From Octopus bimaculoides (lineage: Eukaryota): a DNA stretch of 64,000 nucleotides. The notes under the pieces were generated by a model. The model searched no databases. It had not been told where the DNA came from and saw nothing but the letters and a program-made list of their open reading frames with translations. This document shows positions 53,540 through 64,000 of this stretch, piece by piece (position 1 is the stretch's first letter; every line of letters starts with the position of its first letter). The position numbers and the translations under genes were made by a program. The stretch spans positions 41,853,931-41,917,930 of the forward strand of contig NC_068985.1 in NCBI RefSeq assembly GCF_001194135.2. The letters are read 5' to 3'.

Positions 53540-54110
53540 TAGTTCCAAAGTGCTGATTATGCAATGATGAGATTGAAACATTGGACCATCTAGTCTCTGG
53601 ATGCAAAGTTTTAACACCAGCAGAGTATAAATCAAGAGATGACCATGTTGGCCAGTATCTACACTGGTTAATATGTCATCATTACAAAATCAAAACGGTT
53701 GACAAATAGTATAAACACCACCCTGAGGCTATAACTGAGAGAGAAAATGTAACGATTCTTTGGAATTTTCTTGTATATACAGACAGAACCATCAAAGCAA
53801 ATAAACCAGATATTGTTGTGAAAGACCAAAACACTAAAGTCTGGTTATTAATTGATATGAGTATTCCTTGTGATCATGATATTTCAGCAAAGGAATTTGA
53901 CCAGCTCAGAAAATATAAAGATATGCTCATTGAAATTGTAAAAATGTGGTATCTCAAGGCAGTTACAATACCAGTGATTATAGGTGCACTTGGAATGATC
54001 AAAAAAGGAACTGAAAATTATACCTGTCTTACCACCCTTGCAAGAAGTGCAAAAGATTGTTTTAACTGGAATGCCACACATACAGAGAAGAGCGTTGCTA
54101 CTGTGCAAAT
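53540..54110 (+). mobile_element. Non-LTR retrotransposon C-terminus with CCHC zinc knuckle and restriction-like endonuclease (R4/Dong-like)
   Basis: C*LCNDEIETLDHLVSGC...ILWN...NKPDIVV...LIDMSIP...K...KY...IPVIIGALG, with stops. Confidence 0.85.
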
Positions 54111-56260
54111 GACAACCTTCCATATAAATAATTCATTGTTCTACATAACTTTATTTGATATTGTAAATGAACAATCTGATGTGTTTATTTTAATGGCCTA
54201 TCAATGTATAAAGTGAGTTTCTCTGCCCTAAGTGCCAGGAAGACACTTAGTAAGAAATGGAAGCAAAATTGAAAGAAAAAAAATGATAATAATAATAATT
54301 GTTAAACATCCACTTTTCCATGCTTGCATGAGTCAGACAGAATTGATTGAGGTTGATTTTCTATGACCAAATGCCCATCCTGTTGACAACCCTCACCTGT
54401 TCTCAAGTAGGATAATATTTTTCCTTAGTAAGATGATGAGCTGGCAGAAACGTCAGCACACTGGGCAAAATGCTTAGCAGTATTTCGTCTATCTTTACAT
54501 TCTGAGTTCATATTCTACCAAGGTCGACTTTGCCTTTTATCCTTTCAGGGTCGATAAATTAAGTACCAGTTGTGAACTGGAGTCGATCTAATCAATTGGC
54601 CCCCTCCCCAAAAATTTTGGGCCTTGTGCCTAGAGTAGAAAAGAATATTTCTTCTTAGTCAGACATGGTTTTACAGAAGACTGAAAATGAGTGACACCAC
54701 CAGTACGATGGTAATACTTGCTTACAACTATCATGCAATATTAAGACATGTGCACACATACACAGACATGAAATGGACTACTTTCAGGTTCCTTCTACCT
54801 AATTCATTCACAAGGCTCTGATTGGCTTATGTCTATAGTAGAAGTTTTTTTCCCAAGTGCCATGTAGTAGGACTGAACTTGAAACCATGTGATTGAGAAG
54901 CAAACTTCTTAATCACACAGCCATGTCTATACCTACAGCTGAGTGTAACCATCAAATTTCTTGTCAAAAGTGACATGGCTCTGTTAATAACCAGACCATT
55001 TATGATATTTATGGATAAATAGTCACAGATATAGACTTCACAACATTAACAGAATTAAGTTATATGGAGCATAGTTTGACATTACTTTTTAACAGTGGTG
55101 GCTCGTGTGTAGGCACTGCAGAACAGCCGCATCCCCTATTTCCACTCGATATTATTATCAATAACATTCATTATAATGAATCCTTTTTTTAAAAATTCTT
55201 TCTTTATATGTGTACATTATATAATCCTTAAGCTTAATGTCAGTAGCCATCCCCTAGTTTAGGAAAAAATACAAAAATCTTTGTATAGAACAGTGTGCTT
55301 CACAGTTCCAGCAATGTGGTGTTTGGCTGTTGTGTACATGCTTACATGCCCGAGATAGGAAGCTGCATGCTAGGGAGAGACAACACTGTCATTCACGCAG
55401 TGCTGACCCTTGTGTGCTGGTGAAAGGTAGTGTTTCTTTTTGACTCTGTGTGTATTGTGCTTAAAAACGTGTTTATATTCTTGAATGTGATAAAGTGTAG
55501 AATTAGATTCCTGCTTCCAACTACAGTGTTGCTGCTAGGATTTCAAAAATAGGGCAGATAGCATTCAGATTACTCTGTCAAATGTAAGGGTTTCAAATTT
55601 TGGCACAAGGCCAGCAATTTCAGGAGAGGAGACGAGTCAAATACATTGACCCCAGTGCTCAACTAGTACCTATTTCATAGGTGTAAGAGGCCAGACATGG
55701 CCAGTTTGAACATAAAACAGATAGAATATTTGGGCCAGATATGCCTGGTTTAAATACTAAAGAGTTAATGATTCATTGATGTCTGAAACAAAAGATNNNN
55801 NNNNNNNNNNNNNNNNNNNNNAGATAATAAAAGGTGGAATTTTTGCCATAATAGCTTCTTTACCAATATTTCTCATAAGAGTTGGATATTATAGTTTCAG
55901 CTAAGATTTGAATTTGAATATTTTAATGTAGGATGTTGTAGCACTGGGCTTGTACTGAGTGGGTAGGTAATGTAAAAGTTAAAGGGCATCTGGAAAATTA
56001 TTTTGTGGATGATCAACAAATAAAGTGTTCTAGTGTTAGTAAGGTAGCCTGCACACATTCATTTCAGGACTTGTCAACTTCTAATGAGTACACCTGGCTT
56101 AAACATGAATCTTAAGACATATATTTGGGAACTCTTGAAAGTGGTAAACCCATATGGCTGGGATTGCTGCCAAAATAAACTAAAGAACTAAGGGATCATC
56201 TAGAATTTGTCAATCTAAGTGCAGAAATTTTCATTCAGTAGTTATATATAGTGAACTCAC

Positions 56261-56330
56261 CGACAAATATCTGTAGAGAAGATATAAATGTTGGAATCTT
56301 TGGTTTTGAAAGGTGAGAAAAGAGTACCAT
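56261..56330 (-). CDS. CD36/SCARB-family exon (D-GTLFSPFKTKDSNIYIFSTDIC-R)
   Basis: Acceptor ttttattcacag, donor gtgagt, phase 1/2. Carries the G-x-D-G ... FSTDICRS family motif. Confidence 0.93.
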
Positions 56331-57008
56331 CTGTGAATAAAAGAAAAAAATTATAACAACAACAATAAAAACAACACTGAATTCTAAACAAAGCCCTTCT
56401 TTACACAATCATGCAACAAATGACACCTGATGACATCCTTGACAAATGCTGTGTACTTTTAATGGAATTGTCATGGGAGAATACAAAGTTGGTTCGCCAA
56501 TGATTTTTCTTGGATATTTTTAATACACCATATTGTTTCAATACACCATATTGTTTGTTAGATACAGGCAAGTTCACCCCACTAGCAAAGAAATCTACAG
56601 CATAAAATGTTGAAATATATTTACTGCAAGATATTTTGGCCAACCCTCTAATAATTCTACTTATCCACTATCTGGAACCGATACTTTATTTTATTGGCAC
56701 TAGAAAGACGAAAGGGTAAGTTGACCTTGGTGGGATTTGAACACAGGACTTAAAGAGCTGAACCAAATACTGCAAAGCATTTATTTTTCTGACACTCTAC
56801 CTGTTCTGCCAGTTTGCTGCCTTTCTAAGCTAGATTCAAGACTACAAGTTATAGCTCACAAATGTTGCCAAGAATGTAAAGATGGATGAAATGCTGCTAA
56901 GCAGTGTGCTGACAATTCTGCCATCTCACCCCCTTAATGATGATGATGATGATGATGATGAGGAGGAGGAGGAGGAGGAGGAGGAGGATGGTGATGATGT
57001 TTACTGAC

Positions 57009-57058
57009 CTGATCCATTAATCATATTACAATATGGAGAGTTCCAATAAGGAAGAGAA
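57009..57058 (-). CDS. CD36/SCARB-family receptor exon (SLPYWNSPYCNMINGS)
   Basis: Acceptor ttatgttttcag, donor gtcagt, phase 2/1. Matches the recalled CD36 segment NLSYWESHCDMINGT|D. An identical copy lies at 57108-57157 across a 10-N gap. Confidence 0.9.
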
Positions 57059-57216
57059 CTGAAAACATAAAAAGGAATTAGTTAAACAATTTCATCNNNN
57101 NNNNNNCCTGATCCATTAATCATATTACAATATGGAGAGTTCCAATAAGGAAGAGAACTGAAAACATAAAAAGGAATTAGTTAAACAATTTCATCACAGA
57201 TATATTTTTTCTTTGT

Positions 57217-57260
<44 letters not shown>

Positions 57261-57662
57261 CCGTTTGAGTACAGAAGTTCCAAAAAGCTAATAAAAGTGA
57301 ACCATTAGAATTCACCACTTCTCATAGAAATTTTTTGAATTTTATTAAACTAATATTTTAGTCAATTGAAAACAATGTTGGCTACTGTGGACTTGAATTC
57401 TTTCCCTTTATATGTGTGTGCCTGCATGTGAATGTATTGAAAGCACCTCCATTAGTCTCATCAGAAATGGATCTACACCTGATATACATACATACATACA
57501 TACATACATACATTGTTCAAACTTACAGAAAACAAAAGATGAAGACAGGTGAAGGAACAACAAGCAGGTGTATTAGTTTAATGCTCAGGAAGAATGGAAA
57601 AGTCATTTTGAGCCTATGCTCTTCAACAGAAAGGATTGAGAAGAAAAAAATATATATATATT

Positions 57663-57715
<53 letters not shown>

Positions 57716-57717
<2 letters not shown>

Positions 57718-59812
57718 TAGCAGCTAAGCCTAGTTTCATCCGGTCGGTTTGGATGATGTGGCTGTAAAACCTGCTCTGTGTAAGCATTCAACTTGTTTGT
57801 GCACGCTTACATTGAAAAACAATCTTAGAATGACCTTTTCTGTCAAAACGCTAAAAATAACTGACCAAAAATAAAAAAAACCTATGAGGATTCAACCAAA
57901 TCAAAAAATAAACCCATACACTAAGCAAAGATGAACCATCTCACTGCCATTGTGCGTGCACATGCACACACACACACATTCACATACCTGCTTTTACATA
58001 CACACACATATATTCACACAGAGTTGAAACACTGATTTATTTTTTTAGCGTACAATTTTCATCATCCCACTACCAAGTATGACATCACCCCTTCCTTCCT
58101 TTCTCATTCATAAACACAAAAGAATTATTATAGTAGATTATCTTGGTAACCATGGGAGCTATGAAAAAATGACATCACCCCTTCCTTCCTTATTCATCTA
58201 TCACCCCTTCCTTTCTCATTCATAAACACAAGAGTATTATTATAATAGATTATCTCAGTAACCATAGGAGCTATGAAAAAATACAAAGCTCAACATCACC
58301 ACTGGATTATTCTACACATCTGTGTAATTTTTCATGCAATTCCACCCAGCCGTTTGACAGTGAATCCCAAGACAAGAAAGAATTGACCATGTCAAATTTA
58401 TATGTATACTAGCAGCTAAGCCCGGTTTCACCCGGTCTGTTTGGATGATGTGGTTGTGATCATTTTTGGTTAGGCATAATCTATAACAGCATTTCTCAAC
58501 CTTATCATTTCGGGTCCCCTGTTTTGATTGGAGCCTCCAGCTATATGAAAATTTCCTGACTCCCGCACCCCACCCCCTTGTCAGAAAACAGCTTCAGGAA
58601 TTGTGAAGAACGAATTTGTCTGTAGTCTGTTTCAGAGAGCTATTCTATTGGACCTCTGTCTAATCATTAAAGCATTGGGCGATCTTTCGATATGGGAACA
58701 CACAACTGTCACTTATAAACCACTTATAAACCATGTGTTCTTTTGCTCTTTTGCTTTAGTTGAGCAAATTAATCCTAAGACTTATTCTTTGGAAGCCTNN
58801 NNNNNNNNTTTTGCTTTAGTTGAGCAAATTAATCCTAAGACTTATTCTTTGGAAGCCTAGTACTTATTCTATCAGTGTCTTTTGCCGAATTGCTAAGTTA
58901 CGGAGACGTACACACACCACTATCAGTTGTCAAGCGATGTTGGGAGGACAAACACGGACACACAAACATATACACACACATACATATATATATACATATA
59001 TACGACAGGCTTGTTTCAGTTTCCGTCTGCCAAATCCACTCATAGGGCTTTGGTCAGCCCAAGGCTATAGTAGAAGACACTTGCCCGAGGTGCCATGCAG
59101 TGGGAATGAACCCGGAATCATGTGGTTGGTAAGCAAGCTACTTACCACACAGCCACTCCTGTGCCTATGTGTGTTTATTTACATTTTTTAAGATGATCAT
59201 CGGTTTCCATTAAAAAATCTTTATTTTTTTAATATGGGGTTGGGTGGAAAGGGGATCTTTTGAAGTCAGTATGAAAGTGAAAGAGACAGAGAGAGCACGA
59301 TTGTATGAGTGAAGTTCTTTTGAAGTTGGTGTGTGTGCATGTGTATGTGTGTGTGTGTTTGGTGGGGTGTGCGCGACAGAATGTGTGGTGTGTATGTGAA
59401 TTGCTTTTGTTAGTGTGTGTGAAGAGACAGAGAGAGTAATGTTGCTGATGTGTGTGTATGTGAAAGAGAGAGAGAGAGAAAGAAAGAGAGAGAGAAAGAA
59501 AGAGAGAGAGAAAGAAAGAGAGAGAGAGAGAAAGAAAGAGAGAGAGATAACTGAAATTTTTTATTCACTTTTGTAGTGAGTGAATGTGTGAGTGATTGAC
59601 AGAGAAAAAGCGAGAGAGAGAGAGAGAGAGAGAGGTTATGTATGTATGTATGAATGGCTTCGGTGACACACACACATGCAGGTTGTTATGTATGTATGTA
59701 TGTATACATAGATGTATGTATCTATGTGTGGCTGAGAGAGAGTTAACACTTTTTGTAGCTAGTGAATGTATGAGTGACTGAGAGAGAAAAAGAGAGAGAG
59801 AGGTCATGTATG

Positions 59813-59844
<32 letters not shown>

Positions 59845-60126
59845 AATGGCTTTGGCTGACTGTCATCCTGTACTCCCCTTGTTGCTAGCGAAATGGTAAT
59901 ATGCCGGGTGTGTGAGCAACTGGTTATTTTAATGGCAGGGGAATTCCATTAAGAAAAGTTTTAATTGCTATTCTTGGTAACTATGGGGGCTAGGAAACAA
60001 ATACAAATCACATTCCAATCTATGCACCCGTCTCCACATGTGTACCATTTTTCATGCGAATCCACCCAGCCGTTTGGCTGTGAACTTTAAGACAAGAAAG
60101 AATACAACAATCGCCCATGTCCAATT
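57716..60126 (+). mobile_element. Two head-to-tail non-autonomous Helitron-like repeats (57716-58406 and 58407-gap)
   Basis: Shared 5' end ta(c/t)tagcagctaagcc.gtttca.ccggtc and shared 3' block tttttcatgc.a.tccacccagccgttt...gtgaa...aagacaagaaagaat. The family assignment rests on recalled resemblance to Lep1-type elements. Confidence 0.5.
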
Positions 60127-60847
60127 NNNNNNNNNNNNNNNNNNNNNNNNNNNNNNNNNNNNNNNNNNNNNNNNNNNNNNNNNNNNNNNNNNNNNNNNNN
60201 NNNNNNNNNNNNNNNNNNNNNNNNNNNNNNNNNNNNNNNNNNNNNNNNNNNNNNNNNNNNNNNNNNNNNNNNNNNNNNNNNNNNNNNNNNNNNNNNNNNN
60301 NNNNNNNNNNNNNNNNNNNNNNNNNNNNNNNNNNNNNNNNNNNNNNNNNNNNNNNNNNNNNNNNNNNNNNNNNNNNNNNNNNNNNNNNNNNNNNNNNNNN
60401 NNNNNNNNNNNNNNNNNNNNNNNNNNNNNNNNNNNNNNNNNNNNNNNNNNNNNNNNNNNNNNNNNNNNNNNNNNNNNNNNNNNNNNNNNNNNNNNNNNNN
60501 NNNNNNNNNNNNNNNNNNNNNNNNNNNNNNNNNNNNNNNNNNNNNNNNNNNNNNNNNNNNNNNNNNNNNNNNNNNNNNNNNNNNNNNNNNNNNNNNNNNN
60601 NNNNNNNNNNNNNNNNNNNNNNNNNNNNNNNNNNNNNNNNNNNNNNNNNNNNNNNNNNNNNNNNNNNNNNNNNNNNNNNNNNNNNNNNNNNNNNNNNNNN
60701 NNNNNNNNNNNNNNNNNNNNNNNNNNNNNNNNNNNNNNNNNNNNNNNNNNNNNNNNNNNNNNNNNNNNNNNNNNNNNNNNNNNNNNNNNNNNNNNNNNNN
60801 NNNNNNNNNNNNNNNNNNNNNNNNNNNNNNNNNNNNNNNNNNNNNNN

Positions 60848-60881
<34 letters not shown>

Positions 60882-61057
60882 AGAGGAAAAGGACAACAAA
60901 AACCAAGGCAGGACAAGTATCTCAAGTCATTTATAATAATTTAATTAAGGTAAGATGAATTTGAAGTCTTACAGCTGTTTCTTGGATATCCCAAGTGATA
61001 GGCTAGCATGTCCTTACACTAGGTATACTGTCATCAGAGACAAGGTGAGAATGTATG

Positions 61058-61497
61058 AAAGTTCTAGACAGGGAAATTCACAGTTTATAAGGAATAAAAT
61101 AAAAGAATAAAGAGTAATAGTAGATATAAAAATACATACAGGAGAATAAAGTTCACAGTTTATATTTTTCCATACTTCCATGAAGGTATAGGCCTTTAGA
61201 TATAATCCCAGGTAACTCCAGGCAGTATTTTGAATGATGTGTTCATGTTGAAGTGGCTAGCTAGTATATATTAGCTAACACTTCAACATGAATGCATCAT
61301 TCAAAATACTGCCTGGATTTACCTGAGATTATATCTAAGGGCCTATACCTTCACGGAAGTACAGACCAACCTCCATATCCTCTGGAAAAAGATGAACTAT
61401 GAACTTTAATCTTCTGTCTGTATTCTTCTATCTACTTTTATTTTTTATTCTTCTATTCTATTCCTTATAAACTGTGAATTGCCCTGTCTAGAACTTT
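61058..61497. repeat. ~440-bp near-perfect palindrome next to a hammerhead-like motif (60966-61041, - strand)
   Basis: Arms aaagttctagacaggg...gttgaagtg and cacttcaac...ccctgtctagaacttt, centred at about 61265. Confidence 0.85.
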
Positions 61498-61810
61498 GGA
61501 CATGTGTTTTCCACTATAAGCTCAAGTTGGCCAATGATTTATAAGTGAAATTTTGTGGATGGAAACTATCTAGAGACCTATCATCTGATCATTTTACATC
61601 CCTTTTTCCATGCTTGCATGGGTTGGACAAGGCATATATAAGGAATGTTCTGAAAGATTTGAGCCAGATTCTGATTCCTTTCTCAGTGATTCCAAAATAA
61701 TGCTTCATTGCTGTCATGTCATGAAGTGAGTTGGGTTCAAACCTTTACGAATATCTTTTATGTATGTGTATACGTGAGTGTGTGTGTGTGTGTGTGTATG
61801 CTTGTGTCAG

Positions 61811-61845
<35 letters not shown>

Positions 61846-62403
61846 CATCATCATCATTTACTGTTCACCTTCCATACTGGCATGAGTGGGACGGTTTGAC
61901 AGAAGCCAGCCAGGCAGAAGCCTGTATCAGACATCTATGTCTGTTTTGGTAGGGTTTTTATGGCTGGATGCCTTCCTAACACCAACCACCCAGCAGATGG
62001 GACTCTGTCCTTTTTACATGGCACAAGTACAGGCAAGGTCAATTTTGGCAAGGTTTTTACAGTTGGATGCCCTTCCAAACACCAACCACTTTACAGTGTC
62101 GACTGGATGCTTTGTAAGTGGCACCCGCACTGACAGGGTCACCAAGTAACTAATAAGACAAATATCTCGAGAGGAGAGGAGGAATTAGAGGAGGTGATCT
62201 TGTGTCAGATGATGAAAGGTCATAGAGAGACAGAGAGACAGAAACAGGTGTCTTGTTGTAGAGGAGGTACAAGGTTAGCCAGTGAGAGAGAGAGAGAGAA
62301 AGTGGGAGAGAGAGAGAGAAAGTGGGAGAGAGAGAGAGAAAGTGGGAGAGAGAGATTAAGAATGATGACAGAAATAATCATGCTACCATAAAGGATATAT
62401 ATA

Positions 62404-63681
62404 CTGGGTCGTCAAGAAAGTTATTTTTAGTTTTTTTAGTGTGAAATAAAAGTCATTTTTTTTAATACAAAGAATGAACTTCAATCAATTATATATTTTC
62501 CATTTTGTTCAATGACCTTTTGCCATCTTTTGGGCAACTTCATGATTCCACGTTCATAGAACTTCTGGTCCTTATCAGCCAAAAACTGCAGCAAGTGTGA
62601 TTTCAGGTCATCATCGTTATTGAAAGTTTTACCATTGCAAGAATTTTGCAAACTTTGAAATAAATGGTAATCTGATGGCGCAAGGTCAAGGCTATATGGT
62701 GGATGTGACATCACTTGCCAACCAAGCTCCAATAATTTTTCACGAGTTAGCAAAGATGTGTGCAGTCTAGTATTGTCATGGTGGAGCACGATTCCTCTAC
62801 GATTTGCCAATTCTTTGACTGCTTCCCCCTGTTTCATTAGTTGTTAACAGTAAACACCTGAATTGATTATTTGATTCCTTGGAAGCTGCTCAAAATATAC
62901 ACCGCCTTTGTAATCCCAACAAATTGACACCATGACCTTTTTTCGATGCAATTCAGCTTTCGATGTAGTTTCTGTTAGTTCATTATGCTTGGACCATGAT
63001 CATTTTCAATTGATGTTATTGTAGACAATCCATTTTTCTTTACTAGTGATGATTCATTTAAAAAAAAGGTTGATTTCATTGTGTTTGAGATGTATATCAC
63101 AATTATTGATTCATTGTGTTAAGTGAATCTCTTTCAATTTATGTCGAACCAAAATATTGAGCTTCTTAAATAGTCCAAGATATTTTAAGTGATTTTCAAT
63201 TGTCGTGTGTGATACATTTAACCTCTCTGCAATCTCTCATACAGTTATATGACAATCAGCTTCAATTATGGCTTTAATTCTGTCATTATCAACTTCAGTA
63301 GGCTGACCAGAATGTTGGTCATCTTTGAGTGAAAAATCTCCAGAATAGAATTTTTAAAACCATTTCTGACAGGAGCGTATTGTTAAGCAATTAACACCAT
63401 AAACTTCACATATCACTTTGTGAGCCTCAGCAGCTTTCTTGCCTTTACGGAAATAAAAAAGCAAAATATGGCGAAAATGTTAGTTTTTGCACTCTATGTT
63501 AAAATTGACACTGAACTAACAACTGTAAACAAAATTACATGCAATTTGCTTCTAAAGTAAGCTAAAAGTAACGGCTATCAAATATCAAAATGAAAAAAAT
63601 CATAACGTTGACAAAAGTCATAAAAAAAAGTCATAACTCTATCTATTTGCAAAAAACGAAATTACTTTCTTGACAACCCCG
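62404..63681 (-). mobile_element. Near full-length degenerate mariner element (1278 bp)
   Basis: TA-flanked TIRs ctgggtcgtcaagaaagt and actttcttgacaacccc. HHDNTRLH...HPPYSLDLAPSDYHLF...FYERGIMKLPKRWQKV. Confidence 0.9.
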
Positions 63682-63684
63682 TAC

Positions 63685-64000
63685 ACCCCAACACAGATTA
63701 GTAGTTAGCGACTTCGAGATCAAGGCAATATGGGTGCCCAGAAGTAGACCAGCCTGGGGAAGAAGGGTATGGAAACTTAAAGACCCTGCAAATGGACAGA
63801 GATTTAGAGACAAGTTACTTGAAGCATTTGACGAAATAGAAGGGGATATAGCATTATACAACGTGGAAGACAATTGGAGATTTCTGCAAGACAACCTGTT
63901 GAGAGCCACAGACCAGATCTGTGGCTGGTGTAAAGTCCCCTCTCGACCCAGAGTAACGTGGTGGTGGAACAAGGATGTAGACGGGGCTATTAGACAAAAG
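63685..64000 (+). mobile_element. RTE LINE endonuclease-RT linker fragment (runs off the window)
   Basis: RLVVSDF...RRVWKLKDP...VEDNWRFLQDNLLRATDQICGW...TWWWNKDV, open frame. Confidence 0.85.

Noticed and set aside
57595-57640. Very degenerate hammerhead-like motif on the minus strand (CUGUUGA-AGAGC..GCUC-AAAA)
   Set aside because: Too many core changes to support on its own; at most a relic.
58749-58858. Direct duplication FALVEQINPKTYSLEA across a gap
   Set aside because: SINE sequence duplicated at a 10-N gap; an assembly artefact, not coding.

Overview
Repeat-rich eukaryotic (metazoan) genomic DNA with assembly gaps. The SINE families, RTE LINEs and (TA)n/(CA)n/(AAT)n microsatellites look like octopus/cephalopod DNA; this is inferred and was not database-checked. 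Two convergent, intron-rich genes were reconstructed by hand from GT-AG exons whose phases match. (1) On the + strand, a FAM177A1-like gene has four coding exons (14591-33036); its start exon is uncertain. (2) On the - strand, the 3' part (241 aa) of a CD36/SCARB (LIMP-2-like) scavenger receptor has eight exons (57058-41609) and ends in a LAMP-type tail, GYEQI*. The rest is mobile DNA: tRNA-derived SINEs, RTE and RLE-type non-LTR relics, a Penelope-like fragment, mariner/pogo/hAT/piggyBac-like elements, an LTR-like remnant and Helitron-like repeats. The strongest finding is a tandem ~325-bp unit that carries an apparently intact type-I hammerhead ribozyme, in sense orientation inside an intron of the scavenger-receptor gene (retrozyme-like). 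Several other degenerate hammerhead-like motifs sit in palindromic elements. Most of the supplied ORFs are microsatellite or gap artefacts.
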